Notes under the pieces: generated by a model | The model's database searches: none | Seen by the model: the letters and a program-made list of their open reading frames with translations, nothing else | What the model was told of the DNA's origin: nothing | Position numbers and translations under genes: made by a program | DNA from: Patescibacteria group bacterium | GTDB lineage: Bacteria > Patescibacteriota > Patescibacteriia > 2-01-FULL-39-33 | Assembly: GCA_041671305.1 (NCBI GenBank) | Contig: JBAZBX010000002.1 | Location: 5,193-69,192 of the forward strand | Reading direction: 5' to 3' | Length of the DNA stretch: 64,000 nt | Shown here: positions 8,657 through 16,690 of the stretch, one piece after another | Numbering within the stretch: position 1 is the stretch's first letter | Layout: each line of letters starts with the position of its first letter

Positions 8657-9337
8657 ATGGTAGATGATAGCTGTAGTTCCACAACCCTTGCTTCTGGTGA
8701 TAGCAATGGCGACGCCAAACTTGATGTGAATGAAACCTGGACATATAACTGCTCTACAACACTCTCAACAACTCATACCAACACCGTCGTCGCCACTGGC
8801 TGGGCCAATGGCATCAGCGCAATTGATATCGCCAGCGCTACGGTCGTGGTCGGAGCGCCAGTCGTGCCACCGCTTATCCATGTGACAAAGCTTCCTAGTC
8901 CGCTGACGCTACCTGCTAGCGGAGGAATGGTTACTTATACATATACAGTAACTAATCCTGGTACCGTTCCATTAAGCAATGTCAGTATTACTGACGATAA
9001 ATGTACCGGCTTGCCTGGTCGTGTTGTGGGACATCCTGGAGACATCAATAAAAATGACCTACTTGAAAGCAATGAGACTTGGATATTTACTTGTAAATCC
9101 AATCTCACCAAAACCACAACTAATACCGCCACAGCAAGCGGTGAAGCTAATGGTTTGACTGCGAAAGATTATGCCATTACCACTGTTGTGGTGGCTGCTG
9201 CGGCCGTTCCTAAATTACCAAATACAGGATCTTTTTTTGAGGGCAATACTGTGCAATGGATTATGGCTATGTTGGCTGGCCTTCTCATCTTGGTTTCTGT
9301 CTCAGTTGCTCTGATTCTAAAAAAACGTACGATTTAG
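8657..9337 (+). CDS. Surface protein, C-terminal portion with an LPXTG cell-wall sorting signal. The ORF begins with codons read after an in-frame TAA, so it is a probable continuation of 6968-8623.
   Basis: DUF11-like repeat (VTYTYTVTNPGTVPLSNVSITDDKC...). C-terminal LPNTG motif, then a hydrophobic stretch WIMAMLAGLLILVSVSVALIL and KKRT, which is the canonical sortase-substrate architecture. Confidence 0.5.
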   Translation: MVDDSCSSTTLASGDSNGDAKLDVNETWTYNCSTTLSTTHTNTVVATGWANGISAIDIASATVVVGAPVVPPLIHVTKLPSPLTLPASGGMVTYTYTVTNPGTVPLSNVSITDDKCTGLPGRVVGHPGDINKNDLLESNETWIFTCKSNLTKTTTNTATASGEANGLTAKDYAITTVVVAAAAVPKLPNTGSFFEGNTVQWIMAMLAGLLILVSVSVALILKKRTI

Positions 9338-9357
9338 TTTAAATATTCTAAAGGTAG

Positions 9358-9388
9358 GAAAGACCCCGCCTTAACGGGGTCTTTGTGT
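9358..9388 (+). terminator. Stem-loop between the LPXTG substrate gene and the sortase gene (terminator or attenuator)
   Basis: aaagaccccgccttaacggggtctttgtgtt has a perfect 8-bp GC-rich stem (gaccccg...cggggtc) with a T-containing tail. It lies immediately 5' of the sortase ATG at 9390. Confidence 0.4.
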
Positions 9389-9389
9389 T

Positions 9390-10031
9390 ATGAAATCCAT
9401 GCGATCTAAAATTTCATTTAAAAAATTATTTTTTATTGTTAATATTTTTGCAATTATATTTTCTGCAATAGTTATTGTTTCTCTCTCATGTGCTCTGCCG
9501 GTTTCTAATTCCCATGCCAATGGTTATGTTTCACAAAATTTGGTTAATGGCGCCTCAGCTGAGTCTACTCAGATTATGGGTCAGACAGTCCTAACTATAC
9601 GTCTCAAAATTCCCAAAATAAAAGTGGATACTGCTCTGGAATCTGTAGGTCTGACAGCTCAAGGAGCAGTAAACGTGCCTAAGGGACTTACCAACGCTGC
9701 TTGGTTCAATCTTGGGCCTCATCCCGGAGAAAATGGCAATGCGGTTATTACCGGTCATTATGGGATTTGGAAAAACGGTACGCCAACAGTATTCAATAAT
9801 TTATATAAATTACGTCCAGGTGATAAATTATATATTGAAAATGAAAAAGGGGAAATTATTACTTTTGTGGTAAGAGAAAGTAGAAATTATAACCCAAATA
9901 CGGACGCTTCAGACATATTCATTTCAAATGATGGCAAGTCGCATCTTAATCTCATCACCTGTGAAGGAGCTTGGAATAAAGTTTCTAAAAGTTATCCCAA
10001 ACGACTAGTGGTATTTACTGATAAAGAATAA
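9390..10031 (+). CDS. Sortase (transpeptidase)
   Basis: N-terminal TM anchor. Catalytic His region VITGHY. TLxTC-type catalytic Cys motif NLITCEG. Conserved Arg downstream. It is adjacent to an LPNTG-bearing substrate. Confidence 0.8.
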   Translation: MKSMRSKISFKKLFFIVNIFAIIFSAIVIVSLSCALPVSNSHANGYVSQNLVNGASAESTQIMGQTVLTIRLKIPKIKVDTALESVGLTAQGAVNVPKGLTNAAWFNLGPHPGENGNAVITGHYGIWKNGTPTVFNNLYKLRPGDKLYIENEKGEIITFVVRESRNYNPNTDASDIFISNDGKSHLNLITCEGAWNKVSKSYPKRLVVFTDKE

Positions 10032-10060
10032 ACAAGGAGGCATAGTCCACCATCAGTTGA

Positions 10061-10092
10061 AATAATCCAGATTTAATCTGGATTATTTTTTA
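10061..10092 (+). terminator. Rho-independent terminator after the sortase gene
   Basis: aaataatccagatttaatctggattatttttt has a 10-bp stem followed by a T-run. Confidence 0.5.
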
Positions 10093-10204
10093 CACTTTTG
10101 ACTAAAAACAAAAAAACTGGCCTAAGCCAGATTCTTTTATTTTTTCTCTCCTCTGCGAGCTCAATCGGACTTCGTTCGACGTAGCTCGCTTCGGCGAGCG
10201 CAGT

Positions 10205-10291
10205 CGGAGAGGGCGAGATTCGAACTCGCGATCCTTTTAAGGGGACTTCAGTTTTCAAGACTGACGCATTCAACCGCTCTGCCACCTCTCC
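10205..10291 (-). tRNA. tRNA-Ser (anticodon TGA)
   Basis: Reverse complement GGAGAGGTGGCAGAGCGGTTGAATGCGTCAGTCTTGAAAACTGAAGTCCCCTTAAAAGGATCGCGAGTTCGAATCTCGCCCTCTCCG. Anticodon stem TCAGT/ACTGA with loop CTTGAAA. Long variable arm. GTTCGAATC T-loop. Confidence 0.8.
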
Positions 10292-10455
10292 AATTTTATC
10301 TTGATTTAAATAACAATATCAACCTTTAAAATCTTGATTATTTTAGCATTTATAAGCAAAAATTTCAACCCCCCTTGTCCGCCATAGCTTTTTAGCGAAG
10401 GAGGATTCAATCGCCGACCGCAGGCAGACATTTATTTCAATAAATAAGCATCATT

Positions 10456-11193
10456 CTATCCTCTTGCCATGGCAAAGCCATAAATCTTCTCAAAACCAGC
10501 CCCTTTTAAGGTTCTAGCGCATTCCTGCATTGTCGCGCCTGTTGTATAGACGTCATCTACCAATATAACTTCTTTGGGTAAATCCTCTTTCCAATTTATA
10601 TCAGAAATTAATTTAAAACAACCCTTTATGCTTTCTTTTCTTTTTTCTACATCCAACATTGCTTGGTGTTTACCATATCTCTTTCTGGCAATAATCTTAT
10701 CACAAATATTATTCCCTCTGACTTTATTCAAAATATTACCAATTATTATGGACTGATTAAATCCTCTCTCCAAATATCTGCGCTTATGCAAAGGCACCGG
10801 GATCAAAATAGCCTCCTCTGGCCAAAATCTTTCTCGTTCAAAATATTTCATAATCATCTTCTCCCAAACCTCACTGAGAGCATCGCAATAGCTATATTTA
10901 ATTAAGTGTATGACTTCTTTTACTAATTTATTATGATAATTAGACACTACCCACAAACCAGAGATTACCGACTCACCCACGCAATTCGGGCAAACCGTCG
11001 GAAAATCAATCTCCCTATTGCAAATCGGACAACAAAAATTATTTTTTATAATTATGGAGTCCAGACACTTGTCACAAATAAAATTATCAAATTCATGGCA
11101 ACCCAAACATCTTTTGGGAAACAACAAATCATGAGCTAATTCAGAAAGAGCAGTAATACTACTGCCAAATGGCATCGTCAACTTTCCATTCAT
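10456..11193 (-). CDS. comF: ComF family protein (ComFC-like phosphoribosyltransferase-fold competence protein)
   Basis: N-terminal double zinc ribbon (LLFPKRCLGCHEF...CDKC...CPICNREIDFPTVCPNCVG). C-terminal PRTase motif VILVDDVYTTGATMQECARTL. The true start is probably the Met of MPFGSS (about 11175). Confidence 0.7.
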   Translation of the reverse strand: MNGKLTMPFGSSITALSELAHDLLFPKRCLGCHEFDNFICDKCLDSIIIKNNFCCPICNREIDFPTVCPNCVGESVISGLWVVSNYHNKLVKEVIHLIKYSYCDALSEVWEKMIMKYFERERFWPEEAILIPVPLHKRRYLERGFNQSIIIGNILNKVRGNNICDKIIARKRYGKHQAMLDVEKRKESIKGCFKLISDINWKEDLPKEVILVDDVYTTGATMQECARTLKGAGFEKIYGFAMARG

Positions 11194-11743
11194 TGCCGAC
11201 TTTTATAAATGATAATTTTAAGTTTTTGTATGAAATAACCGGCTCTAATCCATTTCCGGTTGAAATCGTTCTCTGAGCTTGCACCACAATAATGGCGCTA
11301 CTGACTTCGGAACTGATTAAATCTGCACTCAATCCCCTGGTAGTTATTCCCTGGAATGTATCTACACTGCTGGTAGACGCTCGTTCCATGGCTATGGCAT
11401 CGTTTATGGTTTTCTGCATTTTGTCACTCATAAATGGCTTTAAGTCATCAAGATTTTTGAATTTCTGATCTGTAGAGTAACTTCCATATCTTTCCGAAAA
11501 AGAAAGCGCCAATTGCTTAAGTCCCAAAGGATATTTTTTTTCTTCAGCCACACGTACCGGACTAGAGACTGGAAGTACGGCGGAACCATTGCCAGTTGAA
11601 ACTGTTTGTGAATTATTATTATTCTGAGAATTAATTGGTTGATTGACGTTTTTTGTACCAAAGATAAGCCAAATAATAAACGCCAGTAAAACTATTACCG
11701 CTACGACCAACAAAGTAATGATAATTCTTTTTCTATTATCCAT
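11159..11743 (-). CDS. Membrane-anchored exported protein, possibly a VirB8/TcpC-like T4SS component
   Basis: Single N-terminal TM segment IITLLVVAVIVLLAFIIWLIF, a Ser/Asn-rich linker, then an approximately 120-aa domain ending in beta-strand-rich LKLSFIKVGNEWKVDDAIW (NTF2-like feel). The gene lies directly downstream of the VirB4 gene. The family assignment rests on position and architecture only. Confidence 0.3.
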   Translation of the reverse strand: MDNRKRIIITLLVVAVIVLLAFIIWLIFGTKNVNQPINSQNNNNSQTVSTGNGSAVLPVSSPVRVAEEKKYPLGLKQLALSFSERYGSYSTDQKFKNLDDLKPFMSDKMQKTINDAIAMERASTSSVDTFQGITTRGLSADLISSEVSSAIIVVQAQRTISTGNGLEPVISYKNLKLSFIKVGNEWKVDDAIWQ

Positions 11744-11759
11744 ATTTAATAATATTAGC

Positions 11760-13700
11760 TTAAATTAATTTTTTCTCTTCTTCCGGCGTTTGTTCTTGAG
11801 CCAATGACTCATCAAATTCTTTCTTGGCCGCTTCAATTTCCAACAACTGCCTTGGATCAGAAGTAATTAATTGATCTTCAGAGTATGATGCTACCACTTT
11901 GATAGCGGCGTGCTTCGCTCCGGCAAAAAATATTCCTTCGCCTACCCCGCCTTCCAAAAGCAAATATTTTTCTCCTTCGGTCAACATGAAAGTTTTTTGA
12001 ATCAGACTTATAGCCGCCGGAGATTGTTTGAGAAGCAATTGAAGAGATGAATTATTTACAATCGCCTGACCATAGGGTGAAGTCAAAAAGTCATTTACGT
12101 CTTGGGTGATAGTGGTTACTCCGAGATAATACTTACGACAACGCTTGACTAAGGCAAAAATAAATTTAGCCGAATCTTCTCTTTGCATCAGCCACCAAGC
12201 TTCATCAACAATCAAAATCCTTTTTTTCATCTGAGATCTGACTACATTCCAGATATAATTAACAATAGTATAAATTGCCAGCGGTTTGAGCTCATCTTCC
12301 AAGTCTCTGACACTGAAAACCACCAACTGATTGTTCATCTCCACATTGGTCGGCTGATTGAGTAATCCGGCAAAAGTGCCTTCGGTATATTTCTTGAGCC
12401 TGAGTGAAATATCTGCCGCTCCTTCCATACCTTCCAAAATCTCCTGAAAATCCTGCAGAATTGGCGGCTCAATTTTGGTTAAATCAGCATTAGCCGTGAT
12501 GTCTTTCTTGGCATAAGTCTCCAAAAGCGCTCTATCAATAATAGAATCTTCTTCATAAGTGACATTACCGATCATCAGTCTTATCAATCCTTTGACCGTA
12601 ATTACTCCGCTTCGGATAATATCTTCCGCTTTTGAATCCTCACCCATGGCGCGAGGCAAATCAAACGGATTAATCTTGCTTTCAGAATTAAGCGAGATAT
12701 CCACATAAGTGCCTCCGACAGCATCACACAAATGCTTGTATTCTCTTTCCGGATCTATAATTATCACTTCCGTGCCAAACATCAAACTTCTAAGTACTTC
12801 CAGCTTGATGGCATATGATTTTCCGGCGCCGGAAGTGGCAAAAACTACCGCATTGGCATTTTGCAATGAGAAACGATCAAACAAGATTAGGCTGTTATTG
12901 TGCCTATTTATGCCATAAAGGATTCCCTTATCAGAAGACAAATCCGAAGACACAAACGGGAAAGAACTTGCTGCCGGCGAAGTGTTCATATTGACCAGAA
13001 TATTTAACTCGTCAAAAGCTAGTGGCAAAGTGGAATTAAACCCCTGTTCCGATTGATAAAATACTCTCTTGGAATAAACCAGATGCGAACCGAAAAAATT
13101 CTCTATCCTCTCCGAGACTTGATCCAAATCTTCCAGCTTCTTGGCATAAAGAGTGACATACAAGGCGGTTTGAAAAAAATGCTCCACGCCCTGAGTCAAG
13201 TCGTCTCGGAGTTTTTCCATATCACGGAGGGCGGTTTCTGCCAGAGGATCCCTGGGCGCTCCTTTTTCTGCCGAGGAGATAAGTCCGGCCTCCACATTTC
13301 CCACTTTTTTCTTGAGTTGTTTAAGGATGACTGGAGTTTTGACAGGGTAGAAATAAAACGACATGTCGGCCACCACATCCATGTTGATAATCGGCGCAAA
13401 CCAGCCAATGGAAATATATCGCGGATATTGCACCACAAAAATAGTCCTGACAAACATCTCGCCAAGCTTGATATGCGAAGAAGTCACCTCCAAAGCCGCC
13501 GGCGCAATCAAATCTCTAACCGAAACTACGCCCTGGCGATAAATCCTTTCTTCTTCCAATAGTTCCTGAGCGGAAGCAATTTGTTCCTGTTCCAAAAACT
13601 TCTGTTGTTGGGGCGTCAATTTTGGCACCACAACAGCTTCCGGCTGAGGCAAGTTACTTTTGTTTATATCTTGAGGATCAAACATAATTATTTTCTTCAA
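11760..13700 (-). CDS. virB4: Type IV secretion/conjugation ATPase, VirB4/TrbE/CagE family (C-terminal ATPase portion)
   Basis: Walker A VFATSGAGKSYAIK. Walker B RILIVDEAWWLM. Conserved VirB4 blocks (IIDPEREY, ITQDVNDF). The track start is a TTG; an ATG (MFDPQD) lies 5 codons in. Confidence 0.85.
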   Translation of the reverse strand: MKKIIMFDPQDINKSNLPQPEAVVVPKLTPQQQKFLEQEQIASAQELLEEERIYRQGVVSVRDLIAPAALEVTSSHIKLGEMFVRTIFVVQYPRYISIGWFAPIINMDVVADMSFYFYPVKTPVILKQLKKKVGNVEAGLISSAEKGAPRDPLAETALRDMEKLRDDLTQGVEHFFQTALYVTLYAKKLEDLDQVSERIENFFGSHLVYSKRVFYQSEQGFNSTLPLAFDELNILVNMNTSPAASSFPFVSSDLSSDKGILYGINRHNNSLILFDRFSLQNANAVVFATSGAGKSYAIKLEVLRSLMFGTEVIIIDPEREYKHLCDAVGGTYVDISLNSESKINPFDLPRAMGEDSKAEDIIRSGVITVKGLIRLMIGNVTYEEDSIIDRALLETYAKKDITANADLTKIEPPILQDFQEILEGMEGAADISLRLKKYTEGTFAGLLNQPTNVEMNNQLVVFSVRDLEDELKPLAIYTIVNYIWNVVRSQMKKRILIVDEAWWLMQREDSAKFIFALVKRCRKYYLGVTTITQDVNDFLTSPYGQAIVNNSSLQLLLKQSPAAISLIQKTFMLTEGEKYLLLEGGVGEGIFFAGAKHAAIKVVASYSEDQLITSDPRQLLEIEAAKKEFDESLAQEQTPEEEKKLI

Positions 13701-14403
13701 GTTTTAATTTATCAACATCTCCTAATTTCTCGCTACGTGAGACTACGGGATTATAAGTATTGTAGAATAATTCTATCAGCGATTGAGTATCCAAAACCGT
13801 CGCTCTCAGCCCCATGCCGGATAATCCGGAGAGAATCTTGTCCAGCAAAGTGAATAAATCCCTATGCCTCTGGGAAAATTGCTTCTGTCCCAAACTGATG
13901 ATATTGGTCGGAGAAAGCACATCACCTGTTCTGGCCCAAAATCCTCTCTTGCCATTGGAAGACGGATCATAGGGCACGACTACATAAAACCTTTTGGTCA
14001 TGATATCGCCCAACTCAACCAATTGGGAAATATATTGATAATATTCTGAAATTTGTAATTTGAGCAATTCGTTGGTCTGAATTTTTTCCGCCTCTTTGAT
14101 AGAAACAAGATATTCATCCAAATCCAACTTTCTGGATTGAACCAAAATTTGAAGCGGTGAATCCAACAAATTCAAAAAACTGATATACCCAGAGATAATA
14201 GCCGACTGCTCGTCTTCCGACTTGAGGGCAAAATTAATACTGGAAACCAGAAGAACCGCCCGAAGCGTTCCGTCTTTGAGCACAACACAATCATCACGGA
14301 TTTCAGCGATATGCATCCGGCTTTGCGTGGATGGTGTCTTGTTGGTAGCAACTTTGTCTGGCATATTTTTATCTTTCTCCTGTGTATACCCCGCCCGTAT
14401 CAA
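13678..14403 (-). CDS. VirB4 N-terminal domain, encoded as a separate ORF overlapping the ATPase ORF
   Basis: IAEIRDDCVVLKDGTLRAVLLVSSINFALKSEDEQSAIISGYISFLNLLDSPLQILVQSRKLDLDEY matches the conserved N-terminal block of Gram-positive-type VirB4 proteins (PrgJ, TcpF, TraE). The TGA stop at 13678-13680 overlaps the downstream ATG (ATGTTTGA) in a different frame. Confidence 0.55.
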   Translation of the reverse strand: MIRAGYTQEKDKNMPDKVATNKTPSTQSRMHIAEIRDDCVVLKDGTLRAVLLVSSINFALKSEDEQSAIISGYISFLNLLDSPLQILVQSRKLDLDEYLVSIKEAEKIQTNELLKLQISEYYQYISQLVELGDIMTKRFYVVVPYDPSSNGKRGFWARTGDVLSPTNIISLGQKQFSQRHRDLFTLLDKILSGLSGMGLRATVLDTQSLIELFYNTYNPVVSRSEKLGDVDKLKLEENNYV

Positions 14404-14842
14404 TAATCAAGGCGAGTTCAGATATTTTTGAATTAGATAATGGTTGTCTGGCCATTTTTACAACCGGAATCCTGTGTTCTTTCGGTTTTTTGAGGCTGGC
14501 CTTAATCTCGTCTCTGGATATTTTCTTTTTCCAAACTTTTAACTTGGGATTTTTCAATGTAGAAATAAAATTAAGCAGAAAATAATGAAATGGCTGGCCA
14601 TTGATAGTGGCAAAAGCGATGACGATGGTAAGTGACAAAACGATTAATCCAGAAACTATAAATAATGAGAGATCAAAAATTTTATAAAAAATAAATATTA
14701 TCAACCCTCCGATAAGCATTTCAATAAATTGCCTCACGGTGATAGGTCCGATAACTTTGTCCTCTACGTCCAAAAATTGTGGCACGACTACTTGTTCCAT
14801 AAAAATTAATAAATTTAATAACCGATAATCAAGAAACAACAA
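14369..14842 (-). CDS. Small two-TM membrane protein, PrgI/VirB3-like candidate
   Basis: 157 aa. Hydrophobic helices LIGGLIIFIFYKIF and LFIVSGLIVLSLTIVIAFATI. It lies immediately upstream of, and overlaps, the VirB4 N-domain ORF, as VirB3/PrgI does in T4SS operons. Confidence 0.35.
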   Translation of the reverse strand: MLFLDYRLLNLLIFMEQVVVPQFLDVEDKVIGPITVRQFIEMLIGGLIIFIFYKIFDLSLFIVSGLIVLSLTIVIAFATINGQPFHYFLLNFISTLKNPKLKVWKKKISRDEIKASLKKPKEHRIPVVKMARQPLSNSKISELALIIDTGGVYTGER

Positions 14843-14894
14843 TCAAAGGAATTCTTATATTTTGGTTATTGTTTCTTGTGTTTTGATTATTATC

Positions 14895-16670
14895 TCAGTA
14901 TCTCAATTCGCTATTTAATTGCATCACAGCATCAAATTCTTCCAAGGATAACGTTGGTTTCCCAGATACTAGACGCTCTTTAATTATATCATCTATGCTC
15001 CGACCTTCTGTCATGCTAGTCTGCCCCAGCAATCTGTAAAACCGATTTACCTCATTGCCAAACCAGGCATTTATCCCCTCTATTCGACGCGCATATGATT
15101 CTTCCTGCAATAACTTTATTTTCTCTCTAATTGATCTCGTCGCCTCAACCGGATTGGAAGCCAAGCGACGAAAATCTATCAAAGTCATATCAGACAATTC
15201 TTCAATGGGGCCGGTCAGCTTTTTAGCTAATTTAATGCCGTCAACTATGGGCCTTCTAGTATTCTGAGATTCAAGCACCCTCTGAGGAATATTCTTCTGC
15301 ACAACATAAGGCGCAGGACGTGGCAAAGGAGCTGATTCTGACTGTTTGAGACTGACGGGAACACTGACAGGAATGGATTTTTCTTCAACAAAATTATTTA
15401 CTAAATTATTCTTCAAGCTTGCCTCAATGATATCATCATTACTTTCTAATTTTTTTTCTGAAATAAGTGAAGCAGGTGGAATATTGATTGGAACCGGTTT
15501 TTTAGCTTCCTCTTTCTTCTCTTCGCCGATGTCATCCAATTTTACGATTTTCGGTTTAACCATCAAATCTTCCGGCATGCGGAGTATGGGCAAACCATCT
15601 TCCTCATCCATAATCGGAGCTGGACTAACCTCTGCTGTAATTTTATTTTGCGAATCAAAACTATCTATCTTGGCAACTTCGGGCTGCTTCGGAGCAACGG
15701 GAACATTTTTTATCTCTGGTAATGTCGGAGGGACTGCTTGCTTGGACAACTCAGCCTGTGGCGAAACAATTGGAATAGGTTCTACAGAAACAGACACTGA
15801 AGAATTGGTTCCCTGTCTTCTCATCTCCTCTGCCCTTTTCTCTTGCAAAGTTTTGACCTTGACTTCGGCTTTTTCAAATTGCGGTATTTTTGGCTTAAAT
15901 TCTATCCTTTGTATCGCATCTCCGCCAGAAATATGATACTCCTTGAATGTTTCCTGCTCTTTCTTAATTAGTCCCAGCAATTCCGTCGCCTGCTCTTTGG
16001 TAAATTCCATTCCGCCTATCTTCTGACTCTTGGTCAAGGCTTCTATGCTCTCTATCTCATCACGCACGTCACGGAATCTTGAAATAATAATATTGGATAA
16101 TCTTTTGTGCAAGATCTCGTCACTTTCATTATACCCGAATTTGGAAATAATATCATCTGCCAAACTGTCATAATCAAGTTTATAGGTCTCCGCTTCCGGA
16201 ACAGCAATCTTTTTTAATTCTTCTTCATCCATGGTAGAAAAAGTCATGGACTTGGAATTATCCGTGATCACGGTCGGAGAACTATTTTGAGAACCAGCCG
16301 TTTCAGCCTTGATCAAGTAATCTTTGGGGGTCTTTTCTGATGGCTTTTTCTTTTTTATTTTTTTCTTCTTAACTGGTGGAGTACCGCCAAGACTTTTGAT
16401 AAATGATTCAACATCTCCCTTAATATATTTACGCATTGGCCAAAGCTGGTTTATGGCAATGGCCAAGGCTATTTGATTAATAGTCTCCGGCGACTGTTTG
16501 AGAAGACTCTTTCTTAAATTAGAAATTAAATCAGCTGAATTATCAGACCCCGCCCTCACTCTTGAACCACAAACATCAACATCATATAATTCCTGGTCAG
16601 ACAAATTAAAAGGAATAAACCAGGAATTAGTCTTCTTAATATCTTCAATTATTTTTGAATTTAATGACAT
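14895..16670 (-). CDS. Hypothetical Lys/Glu-rich protein (poly-Lys tract KKKKIKKKKP, coiled-coil-like) in the T4SS-like operon
   Basis: 591-aa ORF with no TM and no nucleotide-binding motif. It has a low-complexity Pro/Val/Lys-rich central region and a charged C-terminus. It sits between the VirB6-like and PrgI-like genes. Confidence 0.3.
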   Translation of the reverse strand: MSLNSKIIEDIKKTNSWFIPFNLSDQELYDVDVCGSRVRAGSDNSADLISNLRKSLLKQSPETINQIALAIAINQLWPMRKYIKGDVESFIKSLGGTPPVKKKKIKKKKPSEKTPKDYLIKAETAGSQNSSPTVITDNSKSMTFSTMDEEELKKIAVPEAETYKLDYDSLADDIISKFGYNESDEILHKRLSNIIISRFRDVRDEIESIEALTKSQKIGGMEFTKEQATELLGLIKKEQETFKEYHISGGDAIQRIEFKPKIPQFEKAEVKVKTLQEKRAEEMRRQGTNSSVSVSVEPIPIVSPQAELSKQAVPPTLPEIKNVPVAPKQPEVAKIDSFDSQNKITAEVSPAPIMDEEDGLPILRMPEDLMVKPKIVKLDDIGEEKKEEAKKPVPINIPPASLISEKKLESNDDIIEASLKNNLVNNFVEEKSIPVSVPVSLKQSESAPLPRPAPYVVQKNIPQRVLESQNTRRPIVDGIKLAKKLTGPIEELSDMTLIDFRRLASNPVEATRSIREKIKLLQEESYARRIEGINAWFGNEVNRFYRLLGQTSMTEGRSIDDIIKERLVSGKPTLSLEEFDAVMQLNSELRY

Positions 16671-16690
16671 TTTATCAAAAAATCTTTTAT

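Noticed and set aside
10073-10285. 70-aa minus-strand ORF from the six-frame track
   Set aside because: It lies almost entirely within tRNA-Ser(TGA) (10205-10291) and its GC-rich trailer hairpins. It is a spurious ORF caused by the GC-rich sequence.
10380-10445. GC-rich segment between comF and tRNA-Ser that superficially resembles a tRNA 3' half (gattgaatcc) or a degenerate copy of the palindromic element (gcggtcgg)
   Set aside because: No acceptable T-arm or acceptor pairing could be drawn, and similarity to the element family is limited to 8-9 nt. It is probably a comF terminator or leader structure and is left unannotated.
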